Shown here in pieces: positions 19,518-28,686 of a stretch of DNA of 64,000 nucleotides. The stretch lies in the IMG/VR virus record IMGVR_UViG_3300027732_000008, one strand, 5' to 3'. The DNA is from an uncultured virus (IMG/VR IMGVR_UViG_3300027732_000008). Its lineage: Duplodnaviria > Heunggongvirae > Uroviricota > Caudoviricetes. The stretch's first letter is position 1, and the number at the start of each line of letters is the position of its first letter. The notes under the pieces were generated by a model. The model did no database searches. It worked only from the letters and a program-made list of their open reading frames with translations, and was not told the origin of the DNA. A program made the translations under genes and the position numbers.

Positions 19518-19546
19518 AGTTTACACTCTTATTTGGACTTTGTCAA
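19518..19546 (-). promoter_or_regulatory. sigma70-type promoter for primase-helicase
   Basis: TTGACA-17-TAAACT embedded in the end of the upstream gene. Confidence 0.7.
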
Positions 19547-20330
19547 GGGTTCCAGCGTTCAATGCGTCCGTGTGTCTGACCACACGCAACCATCTAACAC
19601 CAGCGTAGTAGTTCCACGGGTCGATACCAGTGAAGCCGTTGTATGTCAATACGGCTGTGGTATCAGTTTGTGGTTTTAAATTTGCCCACAATGTTGAACT
19701 GTTTATTGAATTGTCCAATGTGCCTTGTACAATTAATGTTCCTGTCCAATTGCTTGCATATACTGCAACAGAGAACAATGAAGTTTCTTTTCGATAGTAG
19801 GTTGGTCCATCAAATCCAGACGATGCCCATACTGAACCCAAGTTCTCAGCCACATAGGTATAGTTGGTAATTTCATATGTGCTACGAGTTGTTGGAACAG
19901 GTGCGTCTTTTACTTCAACATCAAATGCGGCAACTCTGGCACGGTTCCAAGTTAGGGCAGTTTCTAATCCTCTATCATCTACAAAGGTTGCGGCAATGGT
20001 ATAAAGGCCTTGACCAAGCATCATAAGATCTCTAGCAAAAACGGTTAGGCGGGCCTGTCCGTTTTCTGGACTTGTTGAAATTGCACGGCGACGGAAAATC
20101 ACGCCGCCAGTTTCTCTATTCCACATTGTCATTGTGACTTCTCTGTGTAATAGGCTAACTGGCCTGCGATCTGAACCTATGATTGTGATATCCATCAAGT
20201 TGTCTACACCCTTAAACCAAGTCATGCGTTGGTCGGTGTAGTCTGAAACATATCGTGTACTGCTTGGGCCGGTACCTGCACCCGCATAGTTCAAAGATAC
20301 CGTTGGAATTGTTAAGTTTAAAGTGGCCAT
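19521..20330 (-). CDS. hypothetical beta-rich structural protein
   Basis: 269 aa from ATG 20330, 5 nt after TAAATA; Ig-like/beta-strand composition. Confidence 0.55.
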   Translation of the reverse strand: MATLNLTIPTVSLNYAGAGTGPSSTRYVSDYTDQRMTWFKGVDNLMDITIIGSDRRPVSLLHREVTMTMWNRETGGVIFRRRAISTSPENGQARLTVFARDLMMLGQGLYTIAATFVDDRGLETALTWNRARVAAFDVEVKDAPVPTTRSTYEITNYTYVAENLGSVWASSGFDGPTYYRKETSLFSVAVYASNWTGTLIVQGTLDNSINSSTLWANLKPQTDTTAVLTYNGFTGIDPWNYYAGVRWLRVVRHTDALNAGTLDKVQIRV

Positions 20331-20377
20331 GTCATTATTTAGCAACAAGTGGATCTTTAAAATGCTAAGTAAATGCA

Positions 20378-20752
20378 ATGGATCCTAAAGTAAAAGAATT
20401 TCTAGAACGATTCCCTTTCATGAGCTTGGTTCGTTACGGCGACCAAGAATTAGTTGGAATTATACAAAACAGCGATCAAACGGTTGTTACAATGTATGTT
20501 TATAACTCATTAAAAGATGAAGAAGACAAGCTTCTATTCGTTGCGTGTGGCGAGGAATGGTGGTGGGGGAGTAATCGAGTTATACCAATCAACATAGTGC
20601 TGAAAGAGCCTATGCGAAGATTTGCCTACACCCTAAAAACCTACAGCACAAAGGACTTTGAAATGCTGTATGGGTATCAGACTAGTCTAACAAATGTCAT
20701 TACTAAACGGACAAAACGCCGTCAAATTAGCCTTATTAGAAAGCTAGATTAA
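20378..20752 (+). CDS. hypothetical protein
   Basis: 124 aa; ATG 6 nt after TAAGTA; WWW.SNR.IPI motif. Confidence 0.7.
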   Translation: MDPKVKEFLERFPFMSLVRYGDQELVGIIQNSDQTVVTMYVYNSLKDEEDKLLFVACGEEWWWGSNRVIPINIVLKEPMRRFAYTLKTYSTKDFEMLYGYQTSLTNVITKRTKRRQISLIRKLD

Positions 20753-21333
20753 CTGTATCCATAACTGATCTTTTCACAGATCAGATTCATTTGAGCCACA
20801 ATGGCCACTGCATAGGCTGTTGCATGGCTCTTCTTAAAGAAATAATCACCACTCTCTGGCTTCGTCCACACTTCCTTCATAATCGTCGTCCATGGCTTCC
20901 CAATCAGATAGCGTTTGGCGGGGCGTATCATTGCCAGGACCGCAGACAATTGTTCCACGGAAATCGGCTGGGTCCTCCGGAGAATATCTCCATGCCCGTT
21001 CAAATGAAATAACAGATTTACAAAGTCGTCCTGTAACAATAAATCCCATAATGGCTCCTGGTTGGCTAGACGATCCAAATGTTCTTTACTTTGGATTCCA
21101 TTGTACAAACTTACATTAAGCAAGTCCACTTTAAAAAATCCCAATGCTTCTGCTTCTTTATAATCTACATCGCACCAACCAGTAAAAGGGTTCACCGGCA
21201 CAGGATGAAAGTACACTCCTGTTTTGTGCTTTTGTGTTCCTTGGTTGGACTTTTGTGTTGCAGGTATATGCGGCAACAATTTAAGTACCTGTTCTCTGTC
21301 TGCAAAGTCAATGTCTACGTCAGGCAAGTTCAT
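20749..21333 (-). CDS. minimal DNA polymerase III alpha (DnaE)-like catalytic module
   Basis: PDVDID, KHKTGVY, GFFKVDLL, LAMIRPA and YFFKKSHATAYA match DnaE PDIDID/HAAG/GLxKxDxL/LYRPG/FNKSH motifs in 194 aa. Confidence 0.8.
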   Translation of the reverse strand: MNLPDVDIDFADREQVLKLLPHIPATQKSNQGTQKHKTGVYFHPVPVNPFTGWCDVDYKEAEALGFFKVDLLNVSLYNGIQSKEHLDRLANQEPLWDLLLQDDFVNLLFHLNGHGDILRRTQPISVEQLSAVLAMIRPAKRYLIGKPWTTIMKEVWTKPESGDYFFKKSHATAYAVAIVAQMNLICEKISYGYS

Positions 21334-21491
21334 TTTTTTAATTTATCTTTAACCATTTTTATTAAGTCGTTTTGTTGTATCCTAATTCTTTCCATTTCTA
21401 TTGCAACTATTTCTAGTTTATCAATGAACTCAGCAAGCTTGGCCTCTAACTCGACAAACCGATCGCCTGTTGCATTGTTGTGTTTATCCAT
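21330..21491 (-). CDS. small coiled-coil protein
   Basis: MDKHNN...LEAKLAEFIDKLE...; ATGA coupling to the mini-DnaE gene. Confidence 0.4.
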   Translation of the reverse strand: MDKHNNATGDRFVELEAKLAEFIDKLEIVAIEMERIRIQQNDLIKMVKDKLKK

Positions 21492-22135
21492 GTCGCTTCT
21501 TGCGGGTTTTCTTTTAATTTCTTTTTCCACCATTCTGTGTCCACATGTTTTGTTACTGTTTCAATTTGACCTGGTTCCATACGGTCCAGCAATAATTGAA
21601 CGGCGTCTGAAGAATAAATAATCCAAGGACTAATTTTTCCCATTACCACCATATTCATTGCGGTTGCGGATGGGACTTTTTTAAAAAAGTCCTGCCAATC
21701 TTCTCCAGCTACTTCACTCCATTCTCTCATTGAGATGATAGTTTTTTCTAGTGCTCTTTCTGCTGTTTCTAATTTAGAACTCTCCTGTATAAAAAGTTGA
21801 TAGGTTCCTGGCTTTTGCCAATCACTCATTCTGACACCCATTTTAAAAAGCCAATGGATAAACTTTTCAGACTCCATTGGCTTCAGCACAATTATATAGT
21901 TAGCAAATTTTATAAACCCAATGTAGTCCGGACTCTTTATAAAGTCGTCGACTGTTTTAACTTTCTTTGCATTAGGACTAACATACTTTAAAAAATTTGT
22001 CCATACACTAAACGCAATTCTATCAGCAATTTCATCTTTACTCATCCACCTGCGTTTCTTCTCGCACATGTGACTACTTAAAGTTCGTTCTCTAGTGAAT
22101 GCGTTGTTGCAAAATTTGCATTGATAGTCAGTCAT
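21446..22135 (-). CDS. hypothetical protein with N-terminal zinc finger
   Basis: YQCKFCNNAFTRERTLSSHMC. Confidence 0.7.
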   Translation of the reverse strand: MTDYQCKFCNNAFTRERTLSSHMCEKKRRWMSKDEIADRIAFSVWTNFLKYVSPNAKKVKTVDDFIKSPDYIGFIKFANYIIVLKPMESEKFIHWLFKMGVRMSDWQKPGTYQLFIQESSKLETAERALEKTIISMREWSEVAGEDWQDFFKKVPSATAMNMVVMGKISPWIIYSSDAVQLLLDRMEPGQIETVTKHVDTEWWKKKLKENPQEATWINTTMQQAIGLSS

Positions 22136-22137
22136 GT

Positions 22138-22629
22138 TTATTTAAACAATTCTTTGAATTCTTTATTACCCATGTTTTGTGACCGGGCAATGTCTTCCAA
22201 GTCTTCTGTGCTGTTGATGGATTTGAACAATTCTATTTCCTCTGCGCCAAGTTGTGGAAACTTCTCAATCAGCCATGCTGTCAGTTTGTCTTTCTTTACG
22301 CCAATGGGTGGAATGAATTCGTGCCTGAGTTTGACTCCCAATCCAACCAATGCCAGGGCCTTCCACCGAAGTTCTTCATGTGCGCTGGTTGTTGCAATGT
22401 AGTCAACATTGCTGTAGGCATTTACATCTATTAAATATTGTTCCTGTACATCTCTGGTGCCTTGTACTTGACTGGCCCAACGCTGTGCCATAAAAGTGCT
22501 TAGAGATTTACGACCATCGTCATCTAACTTGTCATAGAAAGTGCCCTTGCGTAGGTCAACGGCAGTCATCACCTGATCAATTGGCAGTTGATATTTTGCT
22601 GAAACTGGTTCTTTCTTTTTGGTGGCCAT
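22138..22629 (-). CDS. putative clamp-loader small subunit (gp62-like)
   Basis: 163 aa; FMAQRWAS...VN helical pattern and replication-cluster context. Confidence 0.45.
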   Translation of the reverse strand: MATKKKEPVSAKYQLPIDQVMTAVDLRKGTFYDKLDDDGRKSLSTFMAQRWASQVQGTRDVQEQYLIDVNAYSNVDYIATTSAHEELRWKALALVGLGVKLRHEFIPPIGVKKDKLTAWLIEKFPQLGAEEIELFKSINSTEDLEDIARSQNMGNKEFKELFK

Positions 22630-22638
22630 ATGTGTATT

Positions 22639-23145
22639 TTAAAACCAAATCTTGTTTAAGTCAAGTACTTCTGGAATTTTATTTGTTTCTTTTAGGAAGA
22701 ACGCACACACTGGTTCCTTTGTATGTTCCAAGGGAACTGCCAACACATGACCAAACTTCAACTTGGGCACATACCATTTGACTTCTTGATAGATGTTGAT
22801 TACTTCAACCTTCATCCACTCGGGCTTGTAGCCGTTGATTGGGTTAAACACAAATGTACTAAAGCCTCTATCATTGAGACTCATGACATTGATAATCTCT
22901 GGTTCGCCGTGATCAGGTTCACCAATGATCAGTGACCAATCCAATGGCACTTTGAGTTCATGTTTCCCGATACGCAATACTGCCGCAGGACAACTGAAGC
23001 TTTCTAAGAAAACAAGTGGTACAAACATATAGTCAACATCAGCTGGGTTGCTGTAGTCAAGTACTCCGTAGCGCAAGTCTTCGTCAATTTCTTCTGGTAA
23101 ACGATCTAGGTCGTATGACAGATTATCAACTGTTAATATTCTCAT
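22639..23145 (-). CDS. hypothetical beta-rich protein
   Basis: 168-aa ORF coupled to uvsW. Confidence 0.65.
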   Translation of the reverse strand: MRILTVDNLSYDLDRLPEEIDEDLRYGVLDYSNPADVDYMFVPLVFLESFSCPAAVLRIGKHELKVPLDWSLIIGEPDHGEPEIINVMSLNDRGFSTFVFNPINGYKPEWMKVEVINIYQEVKWYVPKLKFGHVLAVPLEHTKEPVCAFFLKETNKIPEVLDLNKIWF

Positions 23146-24599
23146 TTATAAATTACCTTTTCAGTTTGATATGGATAGTTTGCTTCTTCATAAAATTTCT
23201 TGCGCTTGGTCAAGTGTCTTTTGGCAAACTTTGCTGTGCTTGTTATGTCCCATATCTGGACAAAGTCTTTGTCTTCTGCTTTTCTAATGCCTCGCCCGAT
23301 ACTCTGTATAACCCTAACAAAGCTCTTTCCAGGTTCAACCAAAACCAAGTTAAAGATCCTAGGTATATTAATGCCCACAGAAGCCACACCATAAGTGGCC
23401 ACAATAATTTTATTTGTTGCAAGGGTAACTTCATCATATTCGTCTTTCCTATCCTTTGACTTCATTGCTCCAGATACAAACACACTCTCTGGTAGCCGCT
23501 CCACCAGCATCTTGCCCGATGCAATGCGATCAACTAGTACTAGAGTATTTCCACCTTGACTAATTGCATCAATTGTCTTGGCCAGTTCGTCCAGCCTGCG
23601 TTCATTGCTGGTCAGGTATGTCAATTCTTCTTGATAGGTTTTGTATTCCACCTTGTCATCAAACTGTAGTACCTTTACATGGCAATTGCTCAGTACACCA
23701 ATGTCTTGTAGTTCACTGGCCTGTAATCTGTGTAGAACATTTCCAAGGCTGGCCAGTAGGCTAACATACTCATGTTCTTCTTTGGGAATAGTGCCTGTCA
23801 ATCCCCAACGGATCGGCACCTGGGCAAACGGGCCTGTTAACATTGTTTTAAGCACATCTGCTTTGGCCATGTGTACCTCGTCAACAATGACTGCAATCAA
23901 GTCATCAGTGATGGCTTCAATGCCAATTGCACTGGTACCTTCTTTGCTTCGTTTAATCAATGAATTAATACTTTGCCATGTTGCAATAGTATGTGTATGC
24001 CCAAGGTCTTTCTCATCACCAAAGTATACACCAACATCTAGTCCCATGTTGACATAGTCAGCATGTGTCTGCCGTACCAGATCCTTGTTGGGTACAATAA
24101 CAACTGTTCGACCATACGGTTCGCAAGTTAGACTCATGGCCGCTGTCATTAATGTCTTGCCTGCGCCTGTGGCAATCTCTTGAACACCATGTGGGTTGGC
24201 AAGGAAGCGATTGATACATTCCACTTGGTAGTCCCTAATTACAATAGGCTGGCCTTGTGCAGGATGTCCTTTGGGCCAAACTATATGACTAAAGGTGTCT
24301 TCGGTAACTTCTTCAAATGCAAAATTATGTGCTTGTCTTTTATCGTCAATCTCAACTTGCCAACCTTCCTCATCAAGTATGGGTAGCACTCGATCCAACA
24401 AGTTTAAATATGTTGATCCAGCAGTGGTAAAGAAACTTATCTTACCATCCCACCTACCTAACCTAAATGCAGGCACATGGTATGCATAAGGTAGTTGGTA
24501 CTTTAATTTGGTTTCGCATTTGCGACGAGTGCTAGGGTCAAGGTCGTGGAACTTAACATTCACTTCATCGCGGATTTCTAATCTAGTTATTCCAGGCAT
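23142..24599 (-). CDS. uvsW: SF2 helicase UvsW-like
   Basis: RDYQ, ATGAGKT, DEVH, GLTGT, QSIGRGIR. Confidence 0.9.
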   Translation of the reverse strand: MPGITRLEIRDEVNVKFHDLDPSTRRKCETKLKYQLPYAYHVPAFRLGRWDGKISFFTTAGSTYLNLLDRVLPILDEEGWQVEIDDKRQAHNFAFEEVTEDTFSHIVWPKGHPAQGQPIVIRDYQVECINRFLANPHGVQEIATGAGKTLMTAAMSLTCEPYGRTVVIVPNKDLVRQTHADYVNMGLDVGVYFGDEKDLGHTHTIATWQSINSLIKRSKEGTSAIGIEAITDDLIAVIVDEVHMAKADVLKTMLTGPFAQVPIRWGLTGTIPKEEHEYVSLLASLGNVLHRLQASELQDIGVLSNCHVKVLQFDDKVEYKTYQEELTYLTSNERRLDELAKTIDAISQGGNTLVLVDRIASGKMLVERLPESVFVSGAMKSKDRKDEYDEVTLATNKIIVATYGVASVGINIPRIFNLVLVEPGKSFVRVIQSIGRGIRKAEDKDFVQIWDITSTAKFAKRHLTKRKKFYEEANYPYQTEKVIYK

Positions 24600-24604
24600 A
24601 GTCT

Positions 24605-24633
24605 ATTATAACATTATACAACAACAATGTCTA
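24605..24633 (-). promoter_or_regulatory. sigma70-type promoter for uvsW operon
   Basis: TAGACA-17-TATAAT. Confidence 0.75.
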
Positions 24634-24734
24634 ATTGTATGTTGCCATAATGGATGTCGTGCAGTTGGTTGGGCGACTAATATTTATCTGAAAAACCACG
24701 ATTTTTTAATGGCCAGGAAAAATATATTTTAGTC

Positions 24735-24762
24735 AAAAAAAAGGACTCCTAAGAGCCCTTTT
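24735..24762 (-). terminator. intrinsic terminator after RNA ligase
   Basis: AAAAGGGCTC-TTAG-GAGTCC followed by a long T-tract. Confidence 0.8.
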
Positions 24763-24809
24763 CCCCACCGACCACATTCCACGCAAATAGTCAGCTGTCG
24801 GTGTTGAAC

Positions 24810-25856
24810 TTAATCCTTGCTTTTCAACAAGAACCTGTTGCTGATGGCCTTAAAGGATTGATCAAGTGAGTGTGCTTTAAACACAACTCCTTCTCTTTCC
24901 GTTTGAGCATTAAGGTCACTTTTGCCTTCTGCAAATTTCAACATGTCAGCAATGGTCACAATGCCAAGTGTGTCATATGGCTCAGCTTTAAATGCCACCA
25001 CAGGTACATGCATTAGCTGGTACAGCTCACAAAACTCATTGCGTTCTACTGGATTGAAATAGCGTTTGGCATCTATGTCATAAATGTCAAAAGTGTAAAA
25101 ACTTTGACCTTTAATTTTGTAAGGATTCCCCTGAATGCCTTCGCCTACAATTTCACCTTGTACAGCAAGATTGCGACCGCTTTCGTCAATGGCCGTAATG
25201 ATCTGATCACGGTGTGCCACTTTCCAAAGTGTATTGCCTTCTGTGTCTTTGAGATTTAGGTTACGGCTACATACTCCATGATCGTCACCATTGACATACA
25301 CTGTCATTGACGAGCCATCCAGCTTCTCGGTAACTTCCCAATTGACTCGGTCAGCCTGCCATTGTGCAAACTCTGTGCTTAGGTTTTGAACACGCTCTTG
25401 GTCTGTCTTTGGAATAAATGTTGGGAACAGACCACGCACTTCGCCTGCCAAATGTGCTGGCACTGGTGGATCGTATTTTACAATGCCTAAAATTTCAGTG
25501 ACATCAAACGGCTCATCAGATGCCAAGCGAGTCTTATGAAATGCCTCTACCACTTTGGGAAAATCCCAGTACCTAAGAAGCAGGCCTTGACTCAACTGTC
25601 CGCGAAGTTTTACTGTACGCAGGCGCTCACCCGGAATGCCATCGTACACTCGAGGCTCTTGGCCTTTGCTGAGGAACGGAGCAAGTGCTGTAGGAATCCA
25701 GCTGTCAATTTCACAGTAGACAGCTACATCGCCTACTTTGAATTCATCCTTTTTAATGACCACAGTCCAGCCACCAACCACTGCACATTCAATTGCGTCA
25801 GCATCTAGGATTGCCCGGATTTCGTCAATCGTTCTCATGGTTGCTAGTTTACGCAT
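24810..25856 (-). CDS. RNA ligase, DRB0094/Rnl2-like family
   Basis: MRKLAT...ADAIE N-terminal domain, YCEIDS, LRGQLSQG, PKTDQER, TEKLDGSS, QGE, REGVV, SFKAIS. Confidence 0.9.
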   Translation of the reverse strand: MRKLATMRTIDEIRAILDADAIECAVVGGWTVVIKKDEFKVGDVAVYCEIDSWIPTALAPFLSKGQEPRVYDGIPGERLRTVKLRGQLSQGLLLRYWDFPKVVEAFHKTRLASDEPFDVTEILGIVKYDPPVPAHLAGEVRGLFPTFIPKTDQERVQNLSTEFAQWQADRVNWEVTEKLDGSSMTVYVNGDDHGVCSRNLNLKDTEGNTLWKVAHRDQIITAIDESGRNLAVQGEIVGEGIQGNPYKIKGQSFYTFDIYDIDAKRYFNPVERNEFCELYQLMHVPVVAFKAEPYDTLGIVTIADMLKFAEGKSDLNAQTEREGVVFKAHSLDQSFKAISNRFLLKSKD

Positions 25857-25906
25857 ATCATATTCCTAAATACGGGAGACACAATGCCTCCCGGTAACTT
25901 CAGCTA

Positions 25907-26965
25907 TTATTCTGCTCGCTTCATTACAGTAGTTTCTGCAAGACGCTTCCAACGATCGCCAGCACCTGACATCTTCTTCAAGTCTGCAATCTTAATAACA
26001 CTACGCAAGCTCAACTCGCGCAAGCGATCCTTGTTAGTGTCAACATACTCATAAATTTCTTTAGTAGCACCTTCTTCAAAATCATACGCATCCAACATAC
26101 CATCCATGGTGATTTGTTTGATACGCAACATTTTGTCACGGGTGGTATCCATTGTCAAGTCCAGATAGTGACAACGGCTCTCCAGTGCTGTCAAGTGGTC
26201 TTTGAGTTTGGCAGACCTGACATGCTCAAACTTGATGTTGGTAATGAAAATTGCACTGCCTTTGAAGTCAAACTTGTCTGGCACACCTTCTGAACGCAAC
26301 ATGCGGCTGTCAGTGTTCCAGCTGATGGTACGCTTCTTGCTGGTATCCAAAGCGGCTTTCAAAATGTTCAAGCTCAAGTCGTCAAGCAAGATGCTGTCAC
26401 AGTCGTCAAACACTAGCACATTGCCTTCGTCGCTGAACTGGTACAGTTTGCAATACAAGCCAATGGCGCTCATTGCACCTTTGACCACTTCGTAGCGAGG
26501 ACGCTTGCCACCAATCTTGTCAAACATTGCGGCCTTGTTGAGAACTTTCTCAACGCCAAAGCTCTTGCCAACTCCTGGAGGGCCAACAACAATCATCGCA
26601 CGGACTGAGCCGTCAACAGCGCCTTCTGTCATTTCTTCCAAAATGTCAAAACGCTCACGGATACGGGTAATTGCTTGTTCGTCTGTTTCTAATTGCATTG
26701 GCTTTTCTTTGCGCTTGGGTGCATCGTAGTTAGCTTCAATGCTGGTTGTGGCGCAATCCGCGGCACTGGCTGGCTCAACGTCACGCATGGAAGCCACTTT
26801 AATACGCACTTCGCGGCCAGCAAACTCACCAAGGCTTTCGTCACCTAGTACAGTAACATAGCCACCTTTGGTGCCTTCTTTGTAATCTGCAATCAACTGG
26901 AAAGTCTGATTGTTAATGTTGAAGCTACGGTATGTACCGTTCTTAATTGTAATGTATGCTGACAT
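25907..26965 (-). CDS. AAA+/P-loop ATPase of unknown function
   Basis: GPPGVGKS Walker A, VFDDCD Walker B, FITN, ALESR; start ATG 26965 with AAAGGA SD. Confidence 0.8.
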   Translation of the reverse strand: MSAYITIKNGTYRSFNINNQTFQLIADYKEGTKGGYVTVLGDESLGEFAGREVRIKVASMRDVEPASAADCATTSIEANYDAPKRKEKPMQLETDEQAITRIRERFDILEEMTEGAVDGSVRAMIVVGPPGVGKSFGVEKVLNKAAMFDKIGGKRPRYEVVKGAMSAIGLYCKLYQFSDEGNVLVFDDCDSILLDDLSLNILKAALDTSKKRTISWNTDSRMLRSEGVPDKFDFKGSAIFITNIKFEHVRSAKLKDHLTALESRCHYLDLTMDTTRDKMLRIKQITMDGMLDAYDFEEGATKEIYEYVDTNKDRLRELSLRSVIKIADLKKMSGAGDRWKRLAETTVMKRAE

Positions 26966-27005
26966 TTTTGGGTTCCTTTGCGTGGAATGATTAAACACAA
27001 ACTCT

Positions 27006-27034
27006 ATTATGCTACAAAACAGACTACTTTGCAA
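27006..27034 (-). promoter_or_regulatory. sigma70-type promoter P2 of ATPase/RNA ligase operon
   Basis: TTGCAA-17-CATAAT. Confidence 0.65.
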
Positions 27035-27105
27035 CCTCTTTTTTTGCTTTGTTGCATTTTTGCAACACGGGTTGTTTTAGTAGTGTTTTTCTGCATCATG
27101 TATGT

Positions 27106-27134
27106 ATTATATGCTGGCTAGGCCCAAAGGTCAA
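27106..27134 (-). promoter_or_regulatory. sigma70-type promoter P1 of ATPase/RNA ligase operon
   Basis: TTGACC-17-TATAAT. Confidence 0.8.
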
Positions 27135-27160
27135 CCTTTTTGTTGCACTTTCTGGTGCTG

Positions 27161-27173
27161 TAAGTCGTTGATT
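27161..27173 (-). promoter_or_regulatory. IHF-consensus site
   Basis: AATCAA-CGAC-TTA matches WATCAA-N4-TTR. Confidence 0.55.
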
Positions 27174-27249
27174 TTGTTGGAGTTTTTATATTTTCAGCTT
27201 AAAAAGTGTGGGATTTTTGCACTTTCTGCTGATTTTTAGTTAGTACGCA

Positions 27250-27711
27250 CTAACTTAACTCTGCATCTTCCATGCCTGCCACACGAAGCTTGATCACATT
27301 GCTCAATTGCCATTGCTTGATGTCAATGCCTTTTATTAGACCCAAGTACTTGTTCCTGACCAGTGCAAACTCATTGACGATTGAATCCATGTCGGACACT
27401 TCGGGTTCACCGTCCACATACTTTTCAGCATCCCTGCTGGTCAGTGCGCGATTGTAGTGTTCTGTAAATTGTCGGAACTTGGCACTACGGAGTTTTCTTA
27501 ATTCAATATTTAGATGCTCCAGTATTGCTTCTATCTCTTGCAATTGATTGAAACGATATTCTACAATACCTGGCATATCTCTACTGGCTCGCTCTAGGCT
27601 ACCAGACATTTTTAATTCGGCACGAGCTTCGGCCAATTGGTTTTCAAAGTAGGCAATACAATCAGGCAACTGACCGATATCGCCGGCTACTTTTCTATAC
27701 CATTGACTCAT
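27250..27711 (-). CDS. uvsY: recombination mediator UvsY-like
   Basis: Helical ~153 aa; DAEKYVDGE, KQWQLSNVIKLR. Confidence 0.8.
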   Translation of the reverse strand: MSQWYRKVAGDIGQLPDCIAYFENQLAEARAELKMSGSLERASRDMPGIVEYRFNQLQEIEAILEHLNIELRKLRSAKFRQFTEHYNRALTSRDAEKYVDGEPEVSDMDSIVNEFALVRNKYLGLIKGIDIKQWQLSNVIKLRVAGMEDAELS

Positions 27712-27944
27712 CAATATTCCTCTTCGTCATCTGATTCAGCTTCTTCATCTTCGCCTAGAATTTCCGAGAATGCATTGTCTAATGCAGAGTCTGATCCTTT
27801 GGCATCTTTACGGCAACCTTCTAAGTCTACAAAATTCTCTGCCACTCTTAAAAAGGCCAGAGCCGCATCTTGTCTTTCTTTCTTATCAATGTAAGGTTTA
27901 AGAGCCAACCATGTTTCGGCTAACATTTCTCCGGATTCTGTCAT
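27711..27944 (-). CDS. small acidic hypothetical protein
   Basis: 77 aa with GGAG SD. Confidence 0.65.
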   Translation of the reverse strand: MTESGEMLAETWLALKPYIDKKERQDAALAFLRVAENFVDLEGCRKDAKGSDSALDNAFSEILGEDEEAESDDEEEY

Positions 27945-27998
27945 GCTAATTAATTCTCCAAAAAGTGTATCGTTTTGATACTGCGATACTTAGTCGCA

Positions 27999-28457
27999 TC
28001 AATTATTTTGTTTTGCCATTTGTGAAAGGTATTCTTCGTTGTGAACCCATTTATTCTTAACTAGGAATCCCCACTCTCTTTGCTTTGGTCCAGGCATGAA
28101 CAATGACCAACATGTGACATCCGGATCAAGCTCGATGCGATGATAAGACCTACTGCTACAGATCCTAAAGTGGCCAGGTTTTCTCCAATGGGCTAATTCG
28201 CCAAACTTGTTGCCGTGTTTGTCAAATTGAGGAATCCATTCATAGTATCCACCCTTTAAAATCAATGTAAAATACGGCCACGGATGATCATGTACATCAT
28301 CTGGATCACTTTTGCAAAACTTGTGTACAAAGATGTTGAACGGAAACCATGTACGGTCTCGAAGAAACACATAGTAGCGTTCTAGTAAAGGTTCACTGCT
28401 TCGACGATCTAAAATAATTCTGTGTCGTCCAAGTCTTTGCATTAGTTTTTTAATCAT
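27999..28457 (-). CDS. cupin-fold protein
   Basis: HDHPW...LKGGYYE...YHRIEL...REWGF. Confidence 0.7.
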   Translation of the reverse strand: MIKKLMQRLGRHRIILDRRSSEPLLERYYVFLRDRTWFPFNIFVHKFCKSDPDDVHDHPWPYFTLILKGGYYEWIPQFDKHGNKFGELAHWRKPGHFRICSSRSYHRIELDPDVTCWSLFMPGPKQREWGFLVKNKWVHNEEYLSQMAKQNN

Positions 28458-28662
28458 CTACAAACCCACTTAATATTGCGTATACTCCATCTGCGCTTCT
28501 TTCAATCCTTACTTGATTGCTAAAGCCAGCATACTGAAATACGCCTTGCTCAACTCGTTTAAAACAGTCAATCATAATTTCTGGTTCACCCATAACATCT
28601 GCGTGAATCATTTCTGCTTCGTACAATGTTTGAAGCTGTTCGATCAAAGTTTTTATCAGCAT
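28450..28662 (-). CDS. hypothetical protein
   Basis: 70 aa; ATG 5 nt after TATAAT (TTGGCC-17-TATAAT, 28696-28668). Confidence 0.6.
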   Translation of the reverse strand: MLIKTLIEQLQTLYEAEMIHADVMGEPEIMIDCFKRVEQGVFQYAGFSNQVRIERSADGVYAILSGFVDD

Positions 28663-28686
28663 AGCATATTATAACATAAAATGTTG

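Noticed and set aside
22639..23145. Stand-alone Hint-like domain
   Set aside because: Beta-rich look only; no N-terminal Cys/Ser or C-terminal His-Asn; cannot be supported without a profile search.
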